Notes: generated from the sequence alone by a model not told the origin. A stretch of 64,000 nucleotides of DNA from Octopus vulgaris (GCA_951406725.2 OX597826.1:18724001-18788000), one strand, 5' to 3'. Numbered from the stretch's first letter, positions 1 through 12,709 are shown. Made by a program: numbers and translations.

Positions 1-40
1 GTGTGGCTTTTAAGCTAATATATATGTGTGCATATGTATA

Positions 41-203
41 GGTGCTGGAGTGGTTGTGTGGTAAGTAGCTTGCTTACCAGCCACATGGCTCCGGGTTCAG
101 TCCCACTGTGTGCCACCTTGGGCAAGTGTCTTCCACTATAGCTTCGGGCTGACCAAAGCCTTGTGAGTGGATTTCGTAGGCGGAAACTGAAGGAAGCCCG
201 TCA
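41..203 (+). mobile_element. tRNA-derived SINE (family A here), 5' module
   Basis: A-box-like TGGTTGTGTGG, B-box-like GGTTCAGTCCC and CORE-like CCTTGGGCAAGT, followed by (TG)n; the same module recurs many times in the window. Confidence 0.85.
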
Positions 204-412
204 TATGTGTGTGTGTATGTGTGTGTGTCTGTGTGTGTATGTGTGTCTGTTAATGAAACAAATTGACCTCAGTACACATTTTTTTTTGCCAAAATCTTTT
301 TCCCTTATTTAACGATCATTCTGATAGCTCTTTTGTCTTAATAACAGTCATTTACATAGTAATTTCCCTTTGTTTAACGGACATTTTCATAGCATATTTT
401 AATTGCCTCGAT

Positions 413-465
413 AACTCAAGAGATGCCGGTGCAGGTTTCCGCCCCAACATCCGAAACTCGGAGTT
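413..465 (+). ncRNA. Degenerate hammerhead-ribozyme-like motif, probably a Penelope terminal-repeat remnant
   Basis: AACTC...GAGTT stem I, GATG...CATC stem II, CGAAAC; the CUGANGA box is degraded (CAAGAGA). Confidence 0.3.
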
Positions 466-1854
466 TTACTATGGCAATCAAATAATTGTCACATATTATA
501 TTACAAATATATATATATATATATATATATACAAATATAAATTAGAACCAGCTCAAGGTATATAAATAAAATCAAAAATGCACCGGATATATACATATAC
601 AGATATATACACATATTAGACAGACAGGCAGACAGACAGATAGATTCACGTAGATATACACATACATATGATAGGCTTCTACCCAGTTCTCATCCGCCAA
701 ATTCCAGTCACAAAGCAGTGGTAAACATGAGACTACAGGAGATGCTTATACAAGTTGTGGAATACACTTGTTAACCACTCAGCCTGCCTCTTTGATTGCT
801 GATTGTTTCCTTATCATAAGAATCCATTTGACCAGTGATTCTTTTTGGTTCTTGTAGTATGAAGTTGTTAAATAATCATTTCCTATGGAGTTATTGGATC
901 AAGTACCAAACGACAAAACACCCAGTAATTCTGCTTACAGTGGGGAGCCAGAACATTCTGTGAGAGTTATTTGCGTACAGGTGGACCAAGTGATTGAGAG
1001 ATAAATGACTTGATTATGAATCGAATGCAGCACTGGCATCAGGATAAGAACAGCTAATTGCTCAGTTGTTTTATTAGCTCAAACATACCCAGCTTTCTCA
1101 CAGATTATGGATATGTCTAAATTGTCAGACATACCCCCTTTATACTAGTATGGAAAAATGGAGAGGAAAACAAGTTTTTAAAAATAAATGTTTTTCAGAA
1201 GCCAACTACAGACTACATTAGATTATATCTCATTTGCAATTTTTCCATTAAAAAAGCTGTTAGTGCTGGGCGGATATAATTAGCAAAATTAAAATATAGT
1301 TTTTTTACTTTTCATTTTTTGTTTAAATTTTATTTTATTTTTAGTTAGTACTATAGTAGCTTTTGGATATCACTATGACCATATATGGTGATAAATCATT
1401 TGAGTTAACAGACAATTAAGAATGGCCAAGTAAAGATAGATATTCTTGATGTATTTCAACTATACTCTATATTTTTCCTTTTTTATTCCTTTCTTTTTTC
1501 TGAAAACCAAACTAGAGCTCCTGTAGCTTTTGGTTGTCAATGACTATATTTGGTTATTAATCATACAAGTAATTAATGATGAATTATTTTCAATTTATGA
1601 ATTAAAGCTGTTCATAGAAGCGCATAATTGTGCATTATCTGCAATAGGTGCAGAGGAACACATTGGCAAAACATTAAGCAATATGGTTCTTTTTAATTAT
1701 TTGTTTTTCCTTATAGCTAGCTTTTTGTTTCCAGTGATAGAATTTAGAGGAAAATCAACATTACCCTCACCACTACCTCAATTATAATCCCTATAACTAC
1801 AGCCATTACCATCACCACCAACAGCAACAACAACATCATTATCTTAATTATCTG

Positions 1855-2300
1855 CCAGATCAGTCAACATTTATATATTATATTTATTTAGTCAGCATCC
1901 ATAGAATGCATTTATCTACCCAAACAATATACACACAATGTTTATATATGTAATCAACTTCTACATTCGGTATTTATCTGTCAAATCAACACCTGCAGTT
2001 TGAGCCTGTCTAGTCATTGTACTGTCGCTATTTGTCTGTTATGTCAGCGATGTACAAATAGTATTTATCAACAATAGTCAACATCTACACACTGTACAGT
2101 CAACATCTTAGAATGTATTTATCTGTCTAATTAACAATTATTGTGCATTGTGTCTATCTGATCTAAATCTACACATTTATCCAGTCAGTATCTGCTCACA
2201 GATACATAGACACAGACGTCTATCCAGTTAATATCTGCTCACAGTCTCCATCAAACTAGTCAACAACAATGTACTGTGTCCATAGTCAATATCTACAAAC
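1855..2300. repeat. Degenerate ~20-40 bp minisatellite (core ~TATCCAGTCAACATCTACA)
   Basis: More than 10 variants of (a)gtcaacatct(ac) spaced roughly 20-40 bp; related array at 5550-5890. Confidence 0.6.
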
Positions 2301-2512
2301 TTGCAAAGGGCATGGAATATTGCCTCAACAGTCCCTAGCTTTGTCATTTCACATTCAGTTATACCCAAAGACCAGTGGTGACTCATAGATAAAATGAGTC
2401 AGGGTGCTGCCTCAGAAAATTTTTAGCTATTGTTTTAATATTGTGTACAAGGAAACAAACATATAAAAAGAAACTTTATACTTTGGGTACTGAAGCAATT
2501 AATAAACTGCTC

Positions 2513-3664
2513 AAAGGTGGATGTGGTATACCTCGACTTTGTGAAGGCATTTGACAAGGTCGACCATGGAATGATATGCCACAAAATACAGGGACTCGGT
2601 ATCACCAGTAAAGTCAGAGAGTGGCTGCATGATTTCCTAAAGGACAGGAGCCAAACTGTAGCAGCCAACGGAGCTCTCTCCACAGAGACGCCGATAGTGA
2701 GTGGTGTGCCCCAGGGCACTGTACTGGGGTCACTGCTTTTCATAGTGGCCCTATCGGATATGCCATCAGTGACAGAGGCAGCCATGCTTACCAGCTATAC
2801 CGACAACACAAAAGTTGCACAGTCAGTCAAGGAAACCTCTGATGCTACACTCTTGCAGAAAGATCTAGATGCCATCTATACACGGGCTGAGGATAACAAG
2901 ATGCAATTTAATGCAAGTAAATTCCAGGCCCTCCGCTACCAGTTAAGCACTGCTCAGGAATCACGACATCAGTACATTGGACCAAGTGAAGCAACGATCA
3001 CAGAATCAAATACGGTGTGTGATCTTGGAATAGAAATGAGCAACAATGCCTCATTTCACACACATGTCAACAAAATGGTAGCAATATCCAGAAAACTGGC
3101 CGGTTGGATTCTGAGAACCTTCTGGACAAGGAACCAAGAAACTAGGATGACACTATGGAAGTCATTAACGACTGAGCTACTGGGACAGATTGAAAGAGCT
3201 ACAACTCTATTCCCTGGAACGAAGGTGGGAGAGGTATGCAGTGATATATATATGGAAGATACTGGAAGGACTGGTACCAAACTTTGGAATAAAGAGCTAT
3301 ACCAGACCACGAACAGGACGTCACTGTGCTGTCCCCACTGTGCCGACTGCTTCATCTCGGGCAAGGACGATGTACTGCAATAGCTTGGGTTTCAGGGGCC
3401 CACAGCTGTTTAATTGTCTGCCAAAGCATCTGAGGAGCATTTATGGAATGCATGTAGACATTTTCAAATGTGAACTTGACCTCTGGCTCACCGAGATCCC
3501 GGATGAGCTAATATCTAGGCAAGAAGCTCAAAAGAGGGCAGTAACATCGAACTCCATCCTTCACCAAAAGCCGCTCCAACAAAGATAGAAAGTGGAAAGA
3601 TGATCACAATGGCGGTGCTCCAGCATGGCCACAGTCATTGGACTGAAACATATCGAAGAATAAA
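2513..3664 (+). mobile_element. 5'-truncated CR1-group LINE (RT domain, C-terminus, 3' UTR)
   Basis: DVVYLDFVKAFDKVDHG, SGVPQGTVLG, YTDNT (degenerate YADD); after a deletion/frameshift near 3170 the C-terminus LYSLERRWERY...WKILEGLVPN...GPQLFNCLP follows. Confidence 0.9.
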
Positions 3665-4456
3665 CTTGATCGGTTCATGTTTTAGCCACTGCTGGGTAGT
3701 GTGTTTAATTTGTTCACTGAAAACCACTGTGAATTACCTCTTGTTTTTCAAAAATCCCCACTAAATCACAAAATAAGGAGAAATCTGCCCTGTTTTTCAA
3801 ATCCTGGCAGTAACACTGTAGCTAGTAGCAGGATAATAATCTAATTCAAGAATATAAACACATTTTTAAGCACAACACATGCTGAGTCAAAACGAAACAC
3901 TAACTTTCATCAGAACACCAAGATCAGCACTGCATGAACCACAGTGCTCTCTCTCCCTAGCATGCGGTTTCCTATCTCAGACATATGAACATGTGCACAA
4001 AAGCCAAACACCACATCACTTGAACTGTGAAGTGTACAGTTCTATTCAAGGATTTTTGTATTTTTTCATAAACTAGGGGATGACTGCTGACATTAAGCTC
4101 AAGGATTAAATAATGTACAAGTATAAAGAAAGAATTAACGAAAAAAGGACTCATTATATTGAATGTTATCAATAATATCGAGTGAGAATAGGGGATGCTG
4201 CAGTTCCACAGTGCCTATACATGAGCCACCACTGCTAAAGACTCTGACATGTCTGCCATATTCAAGAACACTTTTAAAATTTAATATTCCTTTCTACTGC
4301 TTCTAAAACATAATAATAACACTGTCCCTCCCACTGAGTCTAGAACAGGGGTTCCAATCTATGGCCCATGAAATCCAAATTGGCCCCCAGTATAATTCTG
4401 AATAGGTTATGAATTTTCAAAATCTATTTTAACAGTAAAGAGTGGAATTATCAATG

Positions 4457-4458
<2 letters not shown>

Positions 4459-4493
<35 letters not shown>

Positions 4494-4663
4494 CACACAC
4501 ACACATGCACACACACACACACACGCATGCATGCTCTCACACACAAAATGATTTCATTTTAACTTCCTACATAGCATTCTGTCAACATATCACATTCTTT
4601 CTCTTTCTTTCTTTCTTTCTTTCTCCACCAGCTCTCTCACTAGATGTTTGTATCTATGTATTT

Positions 4664-4748
<85 letters not shown>

Positions 4749-4780
4749 CAGATAGACACACACACACACGTGTGTGTGAC
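4459..4780. repeat. Compound microsatellite (CA)n/(TA)n/(GA)n/(GACA)n
   Basis: Directly visible. Confidence 0.95.
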
Positions 4781-5139
4781 ACACATAAGAAAATATCAAA
4801 AGTAGAGTAACATGTTTTACTGAAGTTGAAAAACTCAACCAAGTGTTATGCTGAGTTTCCTAGAACCAGTCAACATACGAAAGTGAAGTTCTGAAACCAC
4901 ACAGCCTCTTATATACGGTTAAAAATTGGTGCAATGAGTATTATCCTAGCAAATAATCAAATAAACATTTAAAGCTGATTGGAGACATGGTTATGATATT
5001 TCAGAATTAATGGATATGATTGGCTGTGGATGATAAGCAATACAAATAATAGAAACAAGTAAAATAAAGTTTGGATAAAACTGAGTTGCTTTGCATTGAT
5101 AAAGGATAATAGGTAGGAAAGTTGCATCTGGGGAGAATG

Positions 5140-5415
5140 GTTTTACGTGCAGATTGAGATGGCATGCAGTCTTCTTTGTTACAAGCTTGCAACAGGATAG
5201 AACAGACAACGAATGTGGTTTTCAATGAAGGGAAGACCTTCCAGCCATTAAAGATCTAGAAGCTTTAGAAAGAGATCCCTTCAACTGAACAAGATGAATA
5301 AAGTCCCAGAAGGTGGACACCAGCGTCCAAAGAATCCTTAAAGATGATTTACAGTTAGTGTGAAATTCAAATGAAATATTTGCCTGGTCTGACAAAACCA
5401 GAAACCTTTTATACT
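5140..5415 (+). mobile_element. Penelope-like element remnant, N-terminal part of the RT ORF
   Basis: Reads RLRWHAVFF...PAIKDLEALERD...QRILKDDLQLV*NSNEIFAWSDKTRNLY, matching the PLE pattern RMRWKAxFF...ADKTRNxY; interrupted by stops and frameshifts. Confidence 0.6.
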
Positions 5416-5549
5416 GGCAATTGACTCAGGATCACATCAAACCTTTTGCTGACCATGGATCACACTGACCATTCAACTGATTTCCACCCCATTGATCTGT
5501 GTTGATGCAGGCTTCAGAATAACTGAAACGGCTACACACAGTTTCAAGT

Positions 5550-5883
5550 TATCTATCCAGTTGACATCTTCTCACTATATTTTATTTGACCAACATCTGT
5601 AGTCTTTGTTTATTCAGTTAACCTGTACATTTTCCGTGTATCTGTGTCAAAATCTACACATTATATCTGTCTATCTAAACAATCAAAATGTACGTCTATG
5701 GAAGTCTATTTAGTCAATACCTACCTACTTGCCTACAGACCTTTCTACTTACATATGTACTGATCTACTTATCTGTCTGTTAGTCTATCTATCTGTTTAT
5801 CTGTCACTTTGTCTATCTGTCTGTTTATCTATCTTATCAATACTTACACAATGTCTGTCCAATTAACATCTGTACCTTATATC

Positions 5884-5890
<7 letters not shown>
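5550..5890. repeat. Degenerate minisatellite related to 1855-2300, grading into (TATC/TGTC)n
   Basis: atctatccagttgacatct, atttagtcaatacctac and gtccaattaacatct variants. Confidence 0.55.
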
Positions 5891-5916
<26 letters not shown>

Positions 5917-6431
5917 ATTGTCTGCATTGACTGATGAGGTCAACCCAATGTTATTGAAGATCCCCAGGAACAAAAATGATTAGAATATATATGAGTGATG
6001 TAGGAAGGAGAGAATTCTCTTACAATATCCTTTTAAACTTATTCATTCTGTTAAAAATGTCATTAGTAGACATATTTTCTTCTAGAAGCAGAAATAGCCA
6101 AATGTCATTTAAGGAAAAAAGTTGTGAAAAACTGAACCATCACAAGATATTCTTTTACTTTCTTGAATTCCTATTTTTTTTTTCTGTCACAGTTGCTGTA
6201 TCGGAGTACCATCTTCAACAGTATTAGTCAGTCACACTGACTCCATTACTTTTCACATAAAGGGATGTAACTTGGTGTCCTGTGTTTTACATCAATATAC
6301 ACAAATAGACACACTACCACACATAATGTGTGTCCCTCCATAACCTCACCATCCCCACCACCATATCATCATCACCATCTCTTTCTCTCTGTTTGTCTGT
6401 CTGTCTGTCTGTTTGTCTATCTATCTATCTA

Positions 6432-9383
6432 CTGCGGTACTTTTTGGAAGAGTCTGGACCTCAAAGTAAGAGCAATATTCCTAGACCCAGTCGGTAGGCT
6501 GGTCATCTTGGATGTCGATGGAGTAATGGATGTGCTTTTTGACTGATAACAGTTTATGCACCGTCCTTAACAGGTCGACCAGATTTCTTTCGACGTCTAG
6601 AGGGTTTCCTGGGAATGTCTCGACCTTTACTTTTAGTGGGGGATTGGAATGCTACCTTGGGCATGTATCTAGACTACATTGGTAGAGATAAGAAGAGATG
6701 CAAATGCCTCAAAGACCTACTCAGACGTTTCCAAATTTCTGACAGGTACTGACTAGACCACCTGAATGTGCCAATGTGGACATGGAGCAACCACATCGGG
6801 TTGTCCAGATCGTATTTAGATAGAATATTCTGTAGGACAGTGGATAGGGATAGCGCAGGTTGTCCACAACTTCATATAGTCAGCTACACAGATAACACAT
6901 TTGTGACTTATATGCTTGACTTAGACAAGAATCATAGGCAGGGGCCTGGTTATTGGAAACTGAACGCATTGTTTACAGCACATCAGGCTTACAGAGACCA
7001 GATTAGCACATTAGTTAAGAGAGCATTGACGGGTGCCATTGTCAACAATAGATGGTGGTGTGCCCTAAAGAAAGCAACTGAAGCAGAATCAGTCAGATGT
7101 AGTAAGGCTCTAGCAATAGATCAAAATAGAATAGAAGGAGACCTAGTTAAGAAATTAGAAGAGGTACATAGAAGTGGCATTACATCCAATGTGTTGGCAG
7201 TGAGGTTGGCCCTCGACCAACACTTCAATGCCAAATACGAAGGATGCATTGTCAGAGCTAGGATGTGTGCTCTGAAAAACAAAGGAATTGGAGGTGCCCG
7301 AAAGGCCTGAGTGGCAGGGATGCAACGAGGCAACAATTTGGTCTCTGAGAGATGAACAGGGGCATGAATTACTCGAGCCCAAAAGGATGTGTGAGGCCTT
7401 TCAACAGCAATTTGCTCGACTGTTCGGAACAACTGGTGGGTGAGATTTGAAGATTTTGGCGAAGGTGCTAGCCAAGAGCTTGGTGCTTGTCATCAAGAAA
7501 CTGGTCGACAAGGTGCAAACATGCACCGTGCTAGGTAGAAGTATCCATGACAACCTCCATCTGATGCACTACATCATTGACAGAGTAGTTAAGGAACCTG
7601 GCAGGGGTGGGGTGCTGATCAATCTGGATCAATCAAAAGCTTTCGATAGGGTCAGCCATCGCTACTTGGAGGCTGTCCTTAGGGCGGCTGGTTTTGGTCC
7701 CATCTTCCTCATTTGGATCACTGCCTTATTCAGCAGCATCCACTCAGTAGCTCACATAAACGGTCATCTATCCAGACCATTTAGCATCACATGTTCAGTC
7801 TGTCAAGGATGTCCCCTCTCGTCGCTTCTGTATGTATTGATTCTAGAGCTACTACTGCAAAAGCTGGCAACACTGAGAGGCATCCCACAAGAACTGGGAT
7901 GCAGGAAAGGCGTGTCTGCAAACACAGACAATGTAACCATCATAGTGATGAGCCACAGGTATATCAACCTGGTTGGCAAAATACTAAAAGAATACGAAGC
8001 AGTAATGGGAATGAAAATTAACTTGCTGCTCGGCACCTGGAGAGGCAGGCCCATTCCATCCAACAGCATCTCCATCATGGGACATAAACCGACAGACCAG
8101 TGAAATTGCTTGGAGTCTGATTTGGACCGGACCTCCAAATGGAGAAGAACTGGGATGAGATAACAAGTAGGGTGGCCTCTCTCACCCAGCAATGGTCCAA
8201 GAGAAAGCCATCCCTAAAAGGTCGAGCAGAGGTGGCAAACATGTACATCGCATCCATCATCTATCACTACCTGACCATCGTGCCTTGTCCCAACCCTACC
8301 ATCACCAAACTGGAATGCATACTCTTCTGCTTTTATAAAAGGGAATTATTCCGATGGTTAGGCGATCCATTTACTGTCAACACCTGCAAAATGGAGGGCT
8401 GGGCATGCCATGGTTGATGTGCAGACATGCGCTGAGACTGCATCATCTCCGGTACTTCATAAACAACGATGAACAGGTGTGATCGCTGTTTGTTAGGCGC
8501 GCTTTCCCACAGCTTGTCTCTTTGGCTGAACTGCAGTCATGGATCATACGGAGACTGAGGCTAGGCGAATCGCACTGTGAGTGCCGCTTTGCTCCCAAGC
8601 AACTCTGCCATCTGGGACAAATCTCGTGCAACTTCAATTCCATGAAGGTGTTCTATAGGGGGTTAGTGGAGGGGAGGTGCAACGACGTTCTTGGGCGTCA
8701 ATGGAGAATACCTGACCTGCTTTTTCATGACAACTTTCGGGCCAGAATCTATGGACAATTACCAGAGATCACTGGCCTGGCAGTGCTATCAGGAAGCATT
8801 GCCTGTTTGGGATAAGCTCCATAGGCATGGTTCGAGATACACCGGACCGACTTGCCCGAGATGCAGTCAGAGTGACGAAACCATTCTGTGCGCACTCATG
8901 CAGTGTCTAACCATTTCAGACTTGTGGGCTTATGTTGAATGGCTGCTGTCATGTGTGGGATAAATTTGGTTATCGGCCATGTCTATCCTGAATATTGCCC
9001 TGCCACTGTTCTTTAACCAGGAAGGCAAGGCACTTTTTATAGTACTGGTGGCTATGGTGAAAGAATATCTGTGGTGGAGTCGTGCGAAAGGTTTAGAGAC
9101 AAACACTTTCCTCTCTGGCCAATTGCTCACCAACCTTTTCAAGTACCTCTTGAAAAGGAAGGTGAGAACAGAGAGGCAAGTTTTGTCTCATAAAAGTTTC
9201 AATAAAACGTGGGTGAATGTAGCAACGATGCTGCACGTAAATGACGAAACTACTTTAAGCATCATCCTGGAAAATCCAAGAGAGAGAGAGAGAGAGCACT
9301 TTGCTCTCATATGTTTCTTTCCCTGCTTGAGGTTACTGTGGTCTTTTCTGTAGGCTTTTCTTTCCATGGATAAACCTCTTTTA

Positions 9384-9385
<2 letters not shown>
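6432..9385 (+). mobile_element. 5'-truncated Tx1-clade (L1-group) LINE: partial APE, RT, C-terminal zinc knuckle
   Basis: GDWNA and RSYLDRIF (APE); GPGYWKLN; KILAKVLA, LDQSKAFDRVSH, QGCPLSSLLY (RT); CPRCSQSDETILCA; many stops and a deletion near 7440; both junctions lie in (CTAT)n-containing tracts. Confidence 0.92.
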
Positions 9386-9430
<45 letters not shown>

Positions 9431-9533
9431 GTCTATCTATCTATCTATCTATCTATCGATCTATCTATATGTGTGTGTGCATGTATAGTTGTTAAATGGA
9501 AAAAGTTGACAGTTTCATATATATATATATAGA

Positions 9534-10293
9534 TAGGGTGCAATCGTTTAAATTATGCAAAAATGAAAATAACACAACCGTCTCATTTTAACAGATATAT
9601 TTACCAAAATTAGATAATAATATCTTGAAATACTAAAGAGTAAATTTATTTAATAAAATCACCATTAGCTTCAGTTACAGTCTCCAGAGGATTTCAGAAT
9701 CTCCTGTAACACTTCTGGATGGTCTCCTTGTTTAAGTTGATGAATGTTGCCATAAACCTTGCCTTCAGTTCCTCTTTGGTGTTACAAGGAGTTTTGCTGG
9801 TCTCTTGCTCAACTGTGCTCCACATATAATAATCACGGGGGCTGCAGTCTGGGGATTTAAATGGCCAGATGTTAGGGCTGATGTGGTGGCAGAAATTGTC
9901 TTACAGCCATGATTGGGTTCTCCTGCTTGTGTGGCTTGGTGCAGAGTCCTGCTACCAGACATAGGGTCTTCCAGCAGCCACTCTCTTGACCCACCCAGGG
10001 CCATTACTAATGACCACTCCAAACACCATGATGTTGACTAGATGTTTGATTTTTATCACTCTTGCTACATGTTTTGGGGACACGGCAAGCCAATGGTTGT
10101 TCTATGTGTTCACCATCTGTTCATATTAGAGCTTCCAGCACAAATGCCAAGCAGTACAGCATGTCATTTCCAAATTTCTGTATCATGGTGTTGTCACAGA
10201 CAATGCCCAACTGACCCTTCAATCAAAAACAAACAATGTGCAAGCATGAAATTGAAATTATAAAATGGTGAGAATTTACCTATCACACTCTGT
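9534..10293 (-). mobile_element. Internally deleted Tc1/mariner-superfamily (maT-like) DNA transposon
   Basis: Minus strand carries the PYVW.QDSAP / WPFKSPDCSPRDYYMW transposase tail; TA-flanked degenerate TIR-like ends; homologous to 22405-23152 and 57370-57763. Confidence 0.8.
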
Positions 10294-10307
10294 GTATGTA
10301 TATATAT

Positions 10308-10510
10308 ATCATCATCATCATCATCATTTAACATCCGCTTTCCATGCTGGCATGGGTTGGACAATTTGACTGAGGACTGGCAAACCAGATGGCTGCACCA
10401 GGTTCCAATCTGATCTGGCAGAGTTTCTACAACTTCATGCCCTTCCTAACACCAACCACTCCCAGAGTGTAGTGGGTGCTTTTACGTGCCACCGGCACAA
10501 GGGCCAGTCC
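10308..10510 (-). mobile_element. RTE 3' UTR fragment (or RTE-tailed SINE) with (GAT)n tail
   Basis: Closely similar to 23878-24090. Confidence 0.85.
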
Positions 10511-10514
10511 AGCT

Positions 10515-10611
10515 TACTAAACCGATGATTAAGTAATGTGCAAAATAATAAATAAAATACAAAATACGTTTTATTTGTTATTTTGCACATTACTTAATCA
10601 ATGGTTTAGTA
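10515..10611. repeat. Near-perfect inverted repeat, ~44-bp arms, ~10-nt loop
   Basis: tactaaaccgatgattaagtaatgtgcaaaataataaataaaa versus the reverse complement of ttttatttgttattttgcacattacttaatcaatggtttagta. Confidence 0.9.
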
Positions 10612-10812
10612 TTTTTATGTTATATATCTTATATTTAATATTTCTATTATATGTAATTTTCTAGATGGTGTAATTTAATTTTTCATTTTGAATTAATAAA
10701 AGGTGGTTTTTTTCTAATTCATATATATGTATATACCTGGGTATATGGATGTACGTATATGCACAAGCATGGACACAAATACTAAAACATAGTTACTGTC
10801 CACATACAATGT

Positions 10813-10850
<38 letters not shown>

Positions 10851-10902
10851 TCTGTAAAAACATAAATTCAGAAGAAGCAGTACACTCTAAGATATAGAGC
10901 AG

Positions 10903-11349
10903 TATATATCAAAAATGGGGAAGGCCAGTTTATGGAATTACCTTAGGTTTTCTGACCATAAAAGGTTCGGCTTTAAGGCATATCACCAGATCCCAAAACC
11001 TGTTGGTCCACTACTCAAAGGTAACAACAGGGATTATCTCCCTTGGCTACTGGCTATCTACTTCTGGCTGTGCTGCCATCTTGTAGGCTCCTGCTAGCCT
11101 TTTGGAGCCCACAAGATGGTGGCGTAGCCGGAAGTTGATAGCCAATAGCCATGGTAATAATAATCCTTGTTGGTACCTTTGAATAGTGAGGTATTTCCTC
11201 CTCCATATTCTTAGGTAGCTTTGGGCCAACAGGTTTTGGGATCTGATGATATGCCAAAAATCTGAACACTTTACTGATGGGAAATCCATAATCCTATAAA
11301 ACCCGCTCAGATAATCCCATAAACCTGCCTTCCCCGTTTTCAATATGTA
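10903..11349. mobile_element. Fold-back / long-TIR MITE (arms ~190 and ~245 bp, ~12-bp spacer)
   Basis: 10903-11090 is a diverged inverted copy of 11104-11349; ends ATATCAAAAATGGGGAAGG / CCTTCCCCGTTTTCAATAT in a TA context; the ORF track shows mirror-image peptides on both strands. Confidence 0.85.
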
Positions 11350-11689
11350 TATTTGTATGTATGTATATATGTAGAAAGGGACTACATGTGTATGAGTACT
11401 AAAACAAGTACAACTACATAAACATAAATTGATACATAAATGTGAATTGATATTATCAATGCTGTGTACTTTTATACTCCAGTATACAGAAATAAATATG
11501 TAAATAGATGTAATCATAAGCATACAAAGCTGACTTGTATATAAATTAAGAGTATATATGTATACCAGTATCTATATAAATATAATGTGCCAATTTGTTC
11601 TTTTTGTAGATACCTGTCGTGTGTGTCACACTTACTTCAAAGAAGTGAGTAGCAAAGCAAGAGAGAAGCGGACAGAGAGGAAATAAGAG

Positions 11690-11798
11690 AGAAAGAGAGA
11701 GAGAGAAAGAGAGAGAGAGAAAGAGAGAGAGTGAAAGAGACAGTGAATGGTGATGGCATTCGTTTTGTGTTTTTAAATGTTTCGGAGAGGAAGTAAGT

Positions 11799-11833
<35 letters not shown>

Positions 11834-11935
11834 GGAGAAAGAAAGAGAGAAAGCGAGAGAGTGAAAGAGACAGTGTGTGGTGACAGCATTTGTTTTGTGT
11901 TTTTAAATGTTTCAGAGAGGAAGTAAGATAGAAAG

Positions 11936-11978
<43 letters not shown>

Positions 11979-12027
11979 AAGACACAGTGTGTAGTGACAG
12001 TGTTCGTTTTGTGTTTTTAAATGTTCA
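11690..12027. repeat. Three tandem ~115-130 bp units, each (GA)n plus gaaagagacagtg...gttttgtgtttttaaatgtt
   Basis: Unit cores at ~11731, ~11861 and ~11975. Confidence 0.85.
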
Positions 12028-12244
12028 TCACATCACAAGAAAGGTAGATACATAGACACATACACACATTGTTGAATTAAAAGTGGGAGAGAGGATGGAC
12101 ACAGAGGAAGTGAAAGAGAGAGAGAGAGAGAGAGAGACAGTAGATACATAGATCCAAAGAAATGTTGATACATAGAAACATAGACACCGCAAATATTGGT
12201 CACAGCAAATATAAGTCACTTTCACTTTTCATTACCACATGAGG

Positions 12245-12400
12245 ATAAAATTAACTCACAAGTGACTGAGTACTCCACAGACATGCATATCATTAACGTA
12301 GTTCTCAGAGAGATTCAGGCTCACACAGAATATGACAAGGTTGGCCCCTTTGAATAATCGCTACAACTCATTTTGGCCAGCTGAGTGGATTGGAGCAAGA
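12245..12400 (-). mobile_element. Fragment of tRNA-SINE family B
   Basis: Homologous to 12775-12925. Confidence 0.75.
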
Positions 12401-12709
12401 TAAACCTTCAAGTGGATGGAAGAAAATGAAAAAATATCCTATATAGGGAAACTTTTTTAGTCATTAGGGTCACTATGGGTGTTAATCTGGTCCTAACGAT
12501 GGTGTTTGTGGGTTTCATTGATCTGGAGGCCAAACCTCCAGATAAACACCAATGCACAGGCTGTTGTTATCAAACTGAGTGTGAGTCAAGGGCGAATGCA
12601 TGATGGAATAGCAATTATTTCATCTTAGCTTTCACTGCTTATACTAAACACACGACATTTTTGCCTTATGACATGGAACATTTCAATTTTCTTTCACTCT
12701 TTTTAAAGA

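Noticed and set aside
858-985. Plus-strand exon after TTCTTGTAG
   Set aside because: All frames starting at the acceptor hit stops, the donor is weak and no homology is recognised
2517-3383. Bacterial-type RT system (retron, DGR, group II intron)
   Set aside because: Motifs and C-terminus are those of an animal LINE and the context is eukaryotic repeat DNA
4346-4390. hAT-like TIR start CAGGGGTTCCAA
   Set aside because: No matching opposite end or TSD found; too short to call
11690-12027. Regularly spaced repeats as a CRISPR-like array
   Set aside because: The intervening parts are (GA)n tracts; this is a simple local tandem triplication
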